Shown piece after piece: positions 35,890-48,105 of a stretch of 64,000 nucleotides of DNA. How positions within the stretch are numbered: position 1 is the stretch's first letter; the number at the start of each line of letters is the position of its first letter. The stretch is taken from NCBI GenBank assembly GCA_973895155.1, contig OZ316891.1, forward strand, positions 24,799,899-24,863,898, in the 5' to 3' direction. This DNA comes from Marsupella aquatica. Taxonomy: Eukaryota; Plantae; Marchantiophyta. A model generated the notes under the pieces. The model was not told the DNA's origin. It was given only the letters and a program-made list of their open reading frames with translations, and ran no database searches. Position numbers and translations under genes: made by a program.

Positions 35890-38324
35890 ACACCTCGCGT
35901 CCAAAGATTTACAAGATACGATATTGACAGATGCAGGCCCCACCCTCCAACAAAAAGCTAGAGCCCTGATTCTTATAAGACATCATCTTGCCGAGCCACT
36001 TAAGACTCAGTACTTAAATCACTATAATCCCCCGTATCCTATGGGAAGAACTACAACTAAGATTCGATCATATGCACACCATCTCCCTCCCAACAGCCCG
36101 CCATGACTACATTAATTTGCGAGTACAGGATCACACCACAATTGCAATTATAATAGTGAATTGTTTAGAATCACTTCACAACTGGCAGTTTGCGGCAGCC
36201 CAGTAGATGATGTTGAACAAATTGAAAAGACTTTATCTACGTTTCATGTTACCAACCTGGTACTGGCAGCCCAGTATTGTAACATGAACTTTACCAGATA
36301 TTCACAACTAATCTCACATATGTTACTCGCGGAGAAGCACCAAATGTTATTGATGCAGAATGCAAAGATGAGGCCACTAGGAACCGCACCACTACCAACC
36401 AAACCGGAGACCCACCTATTTGAGCCAGCAAATAGACAAAGGGGACGCGGTCGTGGGAGCTTCAAGGGGAGCAGAGGCCGACCATTTGGACGAGGTCGCT
36501 ACGAAGGCCGTGGTAGAGGCCAACCTGAATTTAATGAAGCAGCACAAGACCCTAGAAATAGAAATGGTTTTCGAGGACGAAGCTCTGGCCAAGGATCACA
36601 ACACCAAAGACGAGATAAGTTTACTCCACTCTTCTGTTTTTGCTGTGGCACAAAAGGACACATCCAAAAGACATGCAGAGCAGCAGCACATCTAGTCAAG
36701 CTCTATAAAGAAAGCTTAAACAAGCAAACACCAGAGGCACAAGGGAATTATATGGAAATACCAGTCAAAGAGTATAAATGCATATATCACAGACACAGAT
36801 ATGCCCGAAGCTCACACAACCCACTACGAATCTGAGATTACATGCAACTCAGATCCCTCTGAACTGCATTGTCGATAGTGGAACTTCCCATTCGATCCTT
36901 AGGTCAAGGCAATTCTTCAAAGATATTTCCCAGTCAAATAGAGAAATTACAACGATAACAGGTCAGAATGAAATCGAGGAAGGAAATGGCCCAGCCACTG
37001 TCAGATTCCCAGGAGGGACAGTCATTCATATCCGCTCCGCCATTTATGCACCCAAGGCCACACAAAACTTGGTCAGTTTCAAAGACATCACAGCCAACCA
37101 ACTTCAGATACATACAAACAGAACCGAACAAGGGGAAGTCCTTCAGATACTAGAAAATACAAACATGGGAATGCAAATTAGGGAGATCTTACCGATTTCC
37201 CCCCTAGGCTTATATATTACAAAAATACAAGCATTCCACACTGAAAAATCAGTTCCCACATTAATAGAAACATGGCATAAATGACTCGGGCACCCCGGTA
37301 CTATGATGTATCATCATATAATCTGGGATACCATAGGAATACCTAGGGGAGTACACCCTTCCACTTTGAAACAACCATGCCTGGCTTGCGCTCAAGGCAA
37401 ACTAATAATCAGACCTGCAGTATCAAAAACTACACATGTAATACCAAGGTTCCTTGAAAGAATCCACGCCGATGTATGCGGACCCATAGACCCACCTTTA
37501 GGCCATTCAGGTTTTTCCTTGCCATTATTGATGCCTCATCAAAATGGTCTCAGGTTTCTTTGCTATCAACAAGAAACTTAGTTTTTCCTCGAATACTATC
37601 ACATATTTTGAAGCTGAAATCACAGTTTCCTGATAACCCAATTAAAACATTAAGGGTAGACAATGCAGGGGAATTCACCTCGAAGACTTTTGATGATTTC
37701 TGTGAGACAGCCGGCATAGACACCGAGTACCCCGTTCCCCATGTTCATTTCCAGAATGGGATAGCAGAGTCATTAATCAAAAGACTACAGCTAATTGCTA
37801 GGCCCCTGCTAATGCAAACTCAACTGCCAACTATAGCCTGGGGCCATGCGATCCTACATGCTGCGTCATTGCTAAAATACCGACCATCTGCATTCAATTC
37901 ACATACCCCACATTACTTGGCATTTGGACTTCCGCCAAACATCTCACATCTTCGTACATTTGGATGTTTGGTCCTTGTTCCGATCATGGGTCCTAGACAA
38001 ACCAAAATAAGACCCCAAAGACAACGAGGGATATATATATAGGATATGACTCACCATCAATTATACATTTTCTTGAACCGACAACAACAGATGTATTTAA
38101 GGCCAGATTTATAGACTGCAATTTTTTTGAGGATGTGTTCCCTCGACTAACAAATCCAGAAAACATCAAGACTACATCAAAGACACAGATCCTACAATGG
38201 CAATCTCCAAATCCATTTCAAAATGATCCACGGACTAAACAAGCAGATGAGGAAGTAAGACAAATTATCCATCTTCACCAGATGCTCGAGAAGCTACCTG
38301 ATGCATTTAATGATGCAGCAGCTG
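35890..38324 (+). pseudogene. Copia gag (C-terminal part), protease and integrase, frameshifted
   Basis: ORFs 36161-36835 (CFCCGTKGHIQKTC knuckle), 36778-37284, 37303-37581 and 37476-38042. Confidence 0.85.
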
Positions 38325-41300
38325 TGTGATGCCTAGCCAGGAATCACTAGCCCGTTTTACATGGTAAAGCAGGAGTGTACCCTGGAAAAACCTTAGTATG
38401 GGAACAAAACAAGGAAAATATAAACAATTAAGGGTGACTACGGAACCCGGGCTGAGGCCGGAAGTAAGGACGTCGGGGGAGAGAACACGATTAGGGTTAG
38501 GGCGCGCTAAGTGTCGGCGGCTAGGGGTGACCAACAGGGGAAGACCAGAGGAGGAGAGGGGTAAGGACTGCTCGCGAGGAATAGTGGCTCATTTGCAAGA
38601 ACGAACTGGGCAGACGACTACGGGAGGACAAATGCTGTCAACTGCTTAGGCAAGCACTCGGGGTGGGAACAGATACCAACGATCGACTCAAGGAGGGTAT
38701 GAGCAACGTCAATCAAGCGACACATTTTTGGGGATGCCTATTCGAACGGGCAGGTGAGTACGTCGGGACTTACGAGGACGAAGAATCAGAGAGAGCAGCT
38801 CAAGAACGGCAGGAACTTGCTCGGCTCTGGGAACTGCAGAAGAAGGCTTTCTTAGGAGGAGAACTTATCAAGGCCGAGTTCTTGTGGACTCCTACTGCCA
38901 ATCAGCTTGATGACCTTCTGTTGTGCAAAAACAGAATTGTCGGCATCCGGAAAGCCATCAATCGTTGCAACGACCTACACTGGGAGTTGAAGGGTAACAC
39001 GGAGGGGTGGACAAAGGCAACCTTGCTAGGAGAAACATCCACGGCAGCTGAGATGAAGAGGAAAGGAAAAAACAACAAAGAGGCCACCCCGGCAAAAAGA
39101 ACAAGGTCGGCGGTACCTAGGAAGCCAGAAGAGCAGCAGAGCAGGACAAGGGGAGACGCTGAAGAGGAAGAGGTCAATCCCATCAAGGCCATTCCAACAA
39201 ATGATGACACCTGGAAAGGCTGGGCGGCGACCCTACCGGAGGAGGTGCAATTACACTTTGCACGGGAGGAGGATGCATGCTTTACGGCCATGCAGACCAA
39301 GAAGTACCAAGGCTTCATGGCCGGGTCCGGCTTGGAAGCCTTCGTAAGATTACCATGGCTGAAGCCGGAGGTGCCGGACTCAGACTTATTAGAATTTGTG
39401 GGATCATGGGAACCCGAGACCAATTCCACGAGGGTGTATGGGAAGGATTTCTATCTCACTCCCTGGGTGATTGCTGAGGTGTTTGGCTTGCCGATGGGTA
39501 ATAAGACCAAGGTTGATACCAGGAAGACCTTACCTGACAAGGAGTTCCGGTCGTTCCCAGGACCATCAACAAAGAATGGCTTCTTCTGGAACACCTGCAC
39601 CAACCAGCACATTGGAGAGATGATCAATTTCTTGCGGGTGACCATGCACTATAACTTGCCGAGGGCAGAGATCAGCAAGGCTCAAGTCTACCTGGCAGAA
39701 AGGCCAGACCCAAGCCGGGATTACAACGGGTACCTCCTCAACCAACTGAAGAAGATCTTGAAGGAGGAACAACAGGTGATCGGCGTGGGAAGCGTGTCCC
39801 GGCTTGGCTATCACATGCCACTGTTGTGCCGGTATGCCAGAAGTCAAATCTTTGCCCCAGTACTTCCCCTATCGGCAAGGGCACCGGAGGAAGAGGAAGA
39901 GCAAGGGCCGGCACTAGAGAAGCCCAACCAACCCGACAGTCCAACAATCGAGCAGGTGTTTCGGACAAAGAAAAAAGACTTGCCGATGCAGCAACCAGGC
40001 ATGCAAAATCTGCTGAAATTGCTGGAGAAGGAAAAGAGAACGGTTCCGGCAACGACAATGGTTCTGGCAATGGCACCGATATAGGACACTGCCCCAGAGG
40101 TCGGCCTAAGCCGACTCAAAAGGGAAGACCCCTTTACCGGAACCAAGGAGACCAGGAGGCCAGAACACAAGCCGGGAGTGCAAATGTATGTGGGAGCCTC
40201 AAGCCCCAAATCAGAGGCAGAGCAACCTAAGGCTCCTTCCCACGGAGAGCAGAGGGAGACGACAGCCTGGAAACCAAAGGAACCAGAGGCCATTTTTATG
40301 ACTGGACCAGGGGACCAAAGGGAGAAGCCAGGAGTCCAAGTAGTGGAGGAGGCGGTGGAGGACTACAGCAATGATAACTCCGGCTATGGGTCGGATCATC
40401 ATGTTCCAGGAGTAAGGACCTGTGGCCGATTTATCCCCACGCTTCCAAGAGTAGTTCGAGGGGACCCCACCCAAAAGAGTAGCCCCGAGTCTCCCCCACC
40501 AGAGATTGCTCCCCCGAGCTTTGACGGCATAAAGCAGACGGCACAAGAATTTCAGAAGCAACTTATGGAGGAAGAGAAAGCAGCCCTGGCTAGGGAAAAG
40601 GAGTTACCAGGGGTAGTATTGGCCGTAGGACAAGCCAAAACACTCACCCCGGTGCCAAAGGTAAGTGGCAAGGGGAAGGAACCGGCTGTCGAAATAGGGA
40701 AGAAGAAGAAGCAAAAACCTTCTAGGTCTGGGAGTTATACGGCTTCTCAAGCCATTGTAACCGAGAAGATAAAGCCGGCACCAATCTCCGGCATCGGCAC
40801 GGCGGTGGATCCACCAGTCCTAGGAAGTGGAGATGGCAAGGCCAAGGCCGGGAGAACCAATAATGATGCCGAGGTACCGGATCCTCCACTAGAACATGTT
40901 GGGGAGGCCGTAGCCGTATTGGAGGCCATGACCGAGGCTGAGGCCGAAGCCGAGGGTGGACCCAGTCAGGTCAATGAAGAGTTGACCCGGTCAAGGGCAG
41001 GTAATCTGTCAGAGGATGGACCAACAACAGTGGCTGTGGAGGATGCGTTGGGGGCGTCCAGTGAGGACCAGTCACCGGTGTCGTGACGGTGTAAGGGCGC
41101 CGTCCCTTTTAGGGAAGGCGGACGTGGAGGTAGGAGGCGTGAGTGGGCAGGGCGGGCGCTGATCTCCAAGTTTAGGCTTAGGATCAAGACCAGGAGATGG
41201 CCCTGACACTTAGATTAGTGGGATTTTGGATCCACGGGTGAGGGCGACACTTGTGCTCCTGCCTTGCTGTACATAGGTAGATTACAGTCAAGTAGATTAT

Positions 41301-41636
41301 AGTCAAGTAGATTACAGTAGGTAGATTAGGTTTACGCTGCAAGGAATCAGGTGGATCCGCGACCAGGATAAGTACCTGGGCGGTGGGGAGTTCAGGGTCT
41401 CTTCTTTAGCAAGTTTTTAGTTGCACCAGCAAGGCTGGGATCAAGTAGTAAGAGAAGCTCTTGGTTAGTTATACAGTGACCCTTGTGTATATTCATGTTT
41501 CCTCATACCTAAGAACTGAATAGAGTTGGCCTCACGGCTTAGTTCGCAGAGCTTGTGTATGAGATGTACTGTTTGTATGGCAAGTGCATGCTATAACTCA
41601 GTCAGAATGAGTCATTTTGCTATTTGTGTGTCGCAT
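38325..41636 (+). mobile_element. Family-A LTR copy with an internal deletion and 3' truncation
   Basis: Starts TGTGATGCCTAGCC and carries ORF fragments 38398-41086. LTR homology stops at ...GTCGCAT (41636), where copia RT resumes. Confidence 0.9.
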
Positions 41637-42821
41637 ACAAAAGAATATGTAGTGCAAGTCTTATGCTCAATGTATGGCCTTAAGCAGAGTGGTCAAACCT
41701 GGTACAAAAAGTTCCGGGCAGAGATGTTAGCACTCGACTTTGTGAATGACAATATTGCTCCTTGTCTATTTTTAAAACAACAAGGAACTGAATATATCAT
41801 TGTCGCTATTTACGTAGACGACATTAACATTTTCAGTACTCATATTATAACTAAAGAGACAATCAAAAATTTGAAAAACATGTTTCAAATGAGGGATCTT
41901 GGTGAACCCAAATACTGTCTTGGCCTTCAGTTTGATTATGTGCAGGGTGGCATACTGATTCACCAGGCGACCTACACCAAGAAGATATTAAAACAGTTCA
42001 ACATGGACAACTCTCACCCTATGAGCATTCCGATGGAACTGAGATCACTCAATCCCAATAAAGATACTTTCAAGAAGCAAACAGAAGCAAAACAGACACT
42101 TGGATCGGAGACACCTTACCTCTCTGCAATTGGAGCGCTCATGTACTTGGCTAACCAAACGCGCCCCAACATTTTGTTTTCAGTAAACCTCCTAGCGCGC
42201 CACAGCTCCCAACCAACAATAAAACACTGGAACGGAATCAAAAGAGTTTTTCGATACTTACAGGGAACAGCAGACTTGGGATTGTTTTTCCCACACAACG
42301 CAAAACTCGAACTCACAGGATTTGCTGATGTCGGATATCTTTCCGATCCCGACGATGCCAAATCTCAGACAGGCTACGTGTTCCTTCAAGGGAGCACAGC
42401 CATATATTGGAGGAGTTTGAAACAGACCCTTACAACTACATCTTCTAACCATGCAAAGATAATAGCACTTTATGAAGCAAGTCGCGAATGCCTGTGGCTA
42501 AGACAACTTATCGACCACATAAGCAAGAATACAGGTTGTCCACTCCTGAATTTGCCAATGATTATTTATGAGGATAATCCACCTTGTGTCAACCAGATCA
42601 CTCAGGGCTTCATAAAAGGTGACAGGATTAAACACATTGCGCCCAAGTTTTTCTTCACGCACGAACAGCATGGTGACAAGATTCAGGTTCAGTGGATACC
42701 GAGTAAAGAAAACCAAGCAGATCTTTTTACGAAACCACTTCCACCATCTCTCCACAAAGATCACACAGCGGGCATCGGAATGCGGCAACTCTCCACTTTA
42801 CTACAGACCACGGATTACTAA
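41637..42821 (+). pseudogene. Copia reverse transcriptase (C-terminal part) and RNase H
   Basis: Motifs MYGLKQSG, IYVDDI, GFADVGY, YEDN and ADLFTK. Confidence 0.92.
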
Positions 42822-43317
42822 ATTTTGACAGCCAGACCCTAGAAAACTACGAAGCCCACCCGAATGCTGACCCCCGGAGCAAAAGCTAAAACGATTGAAT
42901 CCAGTTCTGTACACCATCATGATCGAGGAACGATAAATCAGAACACACCGAGGAACAATGTTGAGAATCAATGAGAGGAGCCGGAAATGATGCAAAACAA
43001 GACAAGACGAAGATACTACTCAGCGAAGTGACAGACAATTCACATTCGAGTAATACATTACAATAAACTACACCATTTTACATACGCCCTTACACCTAAC
43101 ACTTCATTACATTTAGAGTAGTCATTTACATTAAACTCTACTGAAGAGCATTTACTCCATGATTACCCTATGACATGGAAGTAGTGGCACTCTTCCTTTG
43201 GAAGAAAGCATAAAGGTTTTAAGGAGACCATACTAAACTAGGGTTTAATCTTACACTTACATTTAGACTCTACATAGATTGGTTCTTTTATACCCCAATA
43301 AAATAACCAAGGGGGAG

Positions 43318-43421
43318 TGTTATGACATGTAGATTACACTATAAGTGACCATTACATTAGTAAGACCCTAATATAATACTTAGAGGTTAAGGTAGTTACT
43401 TAACCGCCTCATCATGTAACA
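43318..43421 (+). mobile_element. Short 3' LTR (~104 bp) of the Bianca-type copia
   Basis: TGTTATG...ATGTAACA with inverted TGTTA/TAACA ends, directly after the PPT. The right end is inferred. Confidence 0.6.
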
Positions 43422-46400
43422 CATAAAGGCTTTCATTCCTAATAGAAGAGACATTGATGTTGGTGTAATCTATGGAGTAGAACACAGGCATGTTTAAATG
43501 TACGTTCCATTGAGGCAAAGATTTGGGGTGATGTGGACATTTTGACTCGAGGCAAAGAAATGCAAAAAGATGCAAGTGAGCCAAAGAAATGTAGATAATG
43601 TAAATTAATGTAAGCGAGGCAAGAAAGATGTTGTTGCGACCATCTCGTCATTATGACAATGCAGTCACTCTGGCCATGGGGGTGTTGTGGCTATGCTGGT
43701 CTTGCGGCCATGTTGTTGCCAAGCGCGATGTCAACACATTGCATACTCATTGAGGTAAGGTAAAGAAAGGTTGATTAAAAGCTGGGGTTTTAGGTGGATC
43801 AAACTAAAAATATTGGATTTTTTATAATTCTTTCTTGCCCATTTCATGTGAAAAGTGTTGTCGATGCGGAGATCTTGTTCAAAATAGCATATGACATTAT
43901 GTAATCATATAATGTAATTCAAGTCAACACAAAAATATGGGATAAGGCACAAATGGGTAATGAGAGTACATCGGCAAGAGTTGGGCAAGAAATCTTTATC
44001 CTCGATGATACAAAAGATGGAACAAAAGATGCGAATGGGGCAAAAGAGTTGGGCTCCCAACTTGGGAAAGAATTAGGGCAAAAGCGAGACTAATATAGAT
44101 GAGGGGCATGTCAAGCAATACATATCTTGTGGAGAAATGATGTTGGGAGCTTGATCTTCTTGGCCTTCATTAAAGATGCATTTTTTGAAAGATTTTCAAA
44201 GAGAATGTTGGAGGTATAGATGGAATAACAAATTTGGGACCTATTTTATACAAAACAAAAAATGAAAAACAAAAAATTTAATCAAAACATGTAAAAACAG
44301 TTGACTTTGCTTTTGCATTTTTATTTTATTTTGGAAGATGTTGTTTTGTCATGAAAACTATATTGTTTGGGAGAGCAAGGATGTGGGAGGGTAAGAGCAA
44401 GTGCAAGAGAGATGATGGCCCCCGGGTGTTTTGATACTATTGGGAGGGGAATGTTTTAATTTTTTCTCTCCCACTTTTTCATATTTCTACACTCCTATGC
44501 AACACCATTACTCCCTTTTTTTTCTTACATTGGCGCACCATTAAATAAACAGAAAAATGTACACAACTAAATACAGAGAAGAAGAAAAAAAGGACAAAAA
44601 CAACCCCATTTTCCTTCCTTCCAGAGTCTCATAGGCTTTGCACAAATCCAAAAAGTTCTCATGCCCCAAAAGATTCTCCTTCCATTTGTGTGTACTTTCA
44701 TACTTGAAAAAAACACATGTAGGATAGTCGCGGAACTCGAGTACCTTAACACTTAGCTCCGGCGTTGCTGGCTCCGATGCCGAGCTCCCTTATGGTCCAG
44801 GCCCGGATAGCCCATCAGGGGAGGACTTAGCATGGGGAGACTTGTGGGCATTGGGAAGTGGCACTGGCAAAGGCAAGGCGCCAAGCTGGTGACACACACT
44901 AAGAACTCGAGGGTTTCACTTCCACAAAAATGGCATATCACGTGCGACGAAGGATAGGGTCATTTTATTGGTTCTAAGGGAAGACTTAAGAATTTTTCTA
45001 GAAGAACAATAGGGTCTTTTAAATTCAATTTTGAGACTTATAAGAACATTAGGGTCTTTTTAATCCAATTTTTAAAATATTCCAAGAATATTCCAACTTT
45101 ATAGGGGTTAAAAAATAAAAATAAAATCTTACATTTTAGGGGGTCCGAGGCCTAAAAACGTCGCAGGCGATGGGGAGGTCCCCATATAGTGAGACCCCTG
45201 AGACTAAGAACCGTGGCTAGCTGGGAGCTGGTCGGGTCAAAGGGTATATGGGCTGGGCTCAAGGTCGACTGTCCGGACCCCCAGACGGACTTTGAGTTCT
45301 GAGGGCTTGAGTGTGAGCTCCTCTTGGGCCTAAGGCCAATGGAGTTGACTCCATGGGCAACGGACACTAGGGGCGCTAGTTATGGCCCGATCTGGGTTGG
45401 GCCAGTCGGGGGCCTCAAGCGGCGATGAGACCTGAGGGCCTAGGCATGAGCACTGGGTCGGCCCGATCACGACAGGCTAAGGCATTCCGTTTGCAGATGC
45501 CTAACAAGAGAGTTATGGGCGTTGCCAGTTGGTGGCGCGCCCATTATGCAAAATAGGTTTCGGGTTGGAGGCCAAATGTAGGGGATAAAGCTGGTCCAGG
45601 GGTGGGAGGTCTCTAGAAGCATATATGAGGGGAGTGGTGTCTCCCTGGGGGCCAAGGGCGAGCCGAAGTCGTGAGCCGCGGCGGTTGCGACACCAAGGGA
45701 AAGCGCCAAATGGAAACGGCGATATCTTCCCAACGGGAAGTCCGTTGGAGGACTTCTTGGGTGCGTTGAAAATCTCTCGAGGAGGGCTACGTCCTCCTGA
45801 GCTCAGCTGGGTCTGGGGGTGCCATGGGTTCTCAGGGTCAGCGGGTGTTAGCTCGCCCGCTTGCCATATCCCACCGAACAGGAGCCAAGCCGCGTTCAGT
45901 CTCCCAAGGGAGCTTGCAATGGGGAGGCAAGGCCAAGTAGGTGGGGAGGTTGATTCCCAACGATGCATGGCCTCTAGACCATCAGTGGGGCAAGCCGGGA
46001 GTTGGTTGCTAGAGTCGGGGCCATTCTGGTCCCGACGTGTTGGGACAAGCTTGAGACAAGCTTTGGGACAAGCTACGCCCTAGGCCCTAACTCCGTGTAA
46101 AAGAATTGGACCCCCCTGCGATCGGGCCCTTTTCCTGTTTACCCCATGTAATTTCCATTTTAATTACCATTAAAACTTGCCTTATTACCGGTAATACTTA
46201 TAATTATTAGTTCAAAATTAATAAAAACTACCCTTTGAGCATTTGCAGGTCCTCCATGTACTAGTTAAGACTGAGGGCCCAGGGAAGTTATGCTTATTTG
46301 GGCCATGAGCATGTCTTGAGGTCAGGGTGGTCAGTTGGTGATGGATAGGTACGAGGGGGAACTTGGGCCGCGCCCATGGAAGGAGCTGTTCTTGACGAAC

Positions 46401-48105
46401 AGTGGGCGTGGGTTCTGGTTCCGGCTTATGGCGTCGGGAGGACCTATCGCTGACCTATTTACCAACGTCTGTTGAGCTTGAGTTAGGATGCTAGACTTGG
46501 CGAGTTCTAGATCCCAAAGGGTTATTTACCGAGGTGCTTGGTTGCTTGTGCAGACTGTGAGAACCGTTGAGTAGCGATCGTGGTTGAGAGCAAGTGCGGC
46601 TTCGTATGGGAGGGGCCGCTGGTGGTGCAGGAGGCACTACTTAGGTGCTTGCTCCAGGTATTTCGTGGAGGCGTTTGGGCACTATGGGCACTTAGGCGTG
46701 GGTGCTGGGATTGGTGAGGGCGCTGGGTGGTGAGGTCCACCACTAGGATGATGTCACATAAGTATTTTCTCATATACGATGTCAGATCAGTATCATCTCC
46801 TATACTTTGTATTTTACTATTAAAATGAGCATATCATTTGACATACCTGGTCAATCAATCCAAGAGTACCAAAAAATCTTTGAAAACAGCTGACTGGCCA
46901 GGTTTGTTCCCTCCATTTCTGAATTTGTAAGCAGACGAAAGAGCTTTTTGGCGCATTGCATATTATAGAAGTAGATTGTTTTTACAGTTACAAGGTCTAA
47001 CACTTTTTCTTGGACTTTTCAAATACACATAGTCTTGTTTGGTGCTTTTTGCATAACAACCTTTTCTTGTTTATGACCAATAGTGTTGATGTGACTACAG
47101 GTGCTTCCAGGAATTTTGGGAGGTACTTCCCATGAGGGTCTGTAACTATGTTTCACCTCTACCTATTTTTTACCTCTACTTGTTTTGATTCTCTTTCTTT
47201 TTTCTTCACATTTCAACACAAACCCAGATTTCATGCAAGTTCAGATTTTACTTTCTTTTACCAAGAGGCAAGTAGAGGACAAATCTAAAAATCCCCTTGC
47301 ACTAAGTAGACCTATCCACAAAGGTGCTGACTGTTTTTGTGCAAGCTGTACGAAATGGTTTGATTCAATATACAACCTATCCACAAACTTGCTTAATCAA
47401 ATTACAGCTACCCATATAACTGCGAACTGTTCCAATACTCTCCCCCTTAAACTTCTCCAGGGTTCCATGGTCCACTCATTTTTTTCCTCTAAAGTGAGAG
47501 TCTACTCCACAATTTCAGGAAAAACTTCTTGGTTTCTAATGAAATTTGGTTCCTATGGGTTACTTGTAGCTCTTGAAGGAGCAGCTCTGATTGAAGTGCA
47601 CATTAAATGCTTCTTCCAACGAATGTGCACTTAGAGAGCTACTACTTCGTCTAGGGAGTGTGCACTTAGAGAGAGAGAAGACTGTAACAGAATCGCCCAC
47701 ATGAAATCAATTAAGCACAAACTGGTGACCATAGATCATTACCAACAAACGAGGTTTGACGGGATCAAACAACATCATGCCCATTTCAATTGTTGCGCTG
47801 GATAATAGGTAGGCAATGGGCAATTATGCGACAGCAAGCAGATAAATCAAATGCGTTTGTGGAAGGGTCGGTGACCAACGAAAAACGCGGTTCGGTTATG
47901 TGTTAGCTCCTTCAATTCGTCTTCTTCTTCTGTGACACCAGAGAGCTCTGGCTCCTGCACTGAAGACTTCGGTGGGGAGAAACATCTGAAATCTATATAT
48001 TTGTCTCACATCTGAAGTAGGACACACGAAAGTTTCTTTCCCAAGGATTTAAAGATTAATACCACCTAGTACGTCTAAGTTCTCCAGCTTGAGACAGTCA
48101 CAGAG

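Larger units (their letters stand above)
30921..43421 (+). mobile_element. Ty1/copia element of the Bianca lineage, disrupted by family-A insertions
   Basis: Gag LSIDGLNYLSWSLHVEAHL|ASKDL, then the copia domain order: protease VDSGTSHSI, integrase HADVCGP/VDNAGEF, RT YVDD, RNase H IKGDRIKHIAPKFFFTHE (Bianca-like). PPT AAGGGGGAG at 43309-43317. Confidence 0.85.

Noticed and set aside
44956-46234. Possible non-autonomous MULE with AGGGT(C/A).TTTTAT inverted ends around a GC-rich core
   Set aside because: The terminal match is short, there is no TSD, and the ORFs inside have no recognisable motifs.
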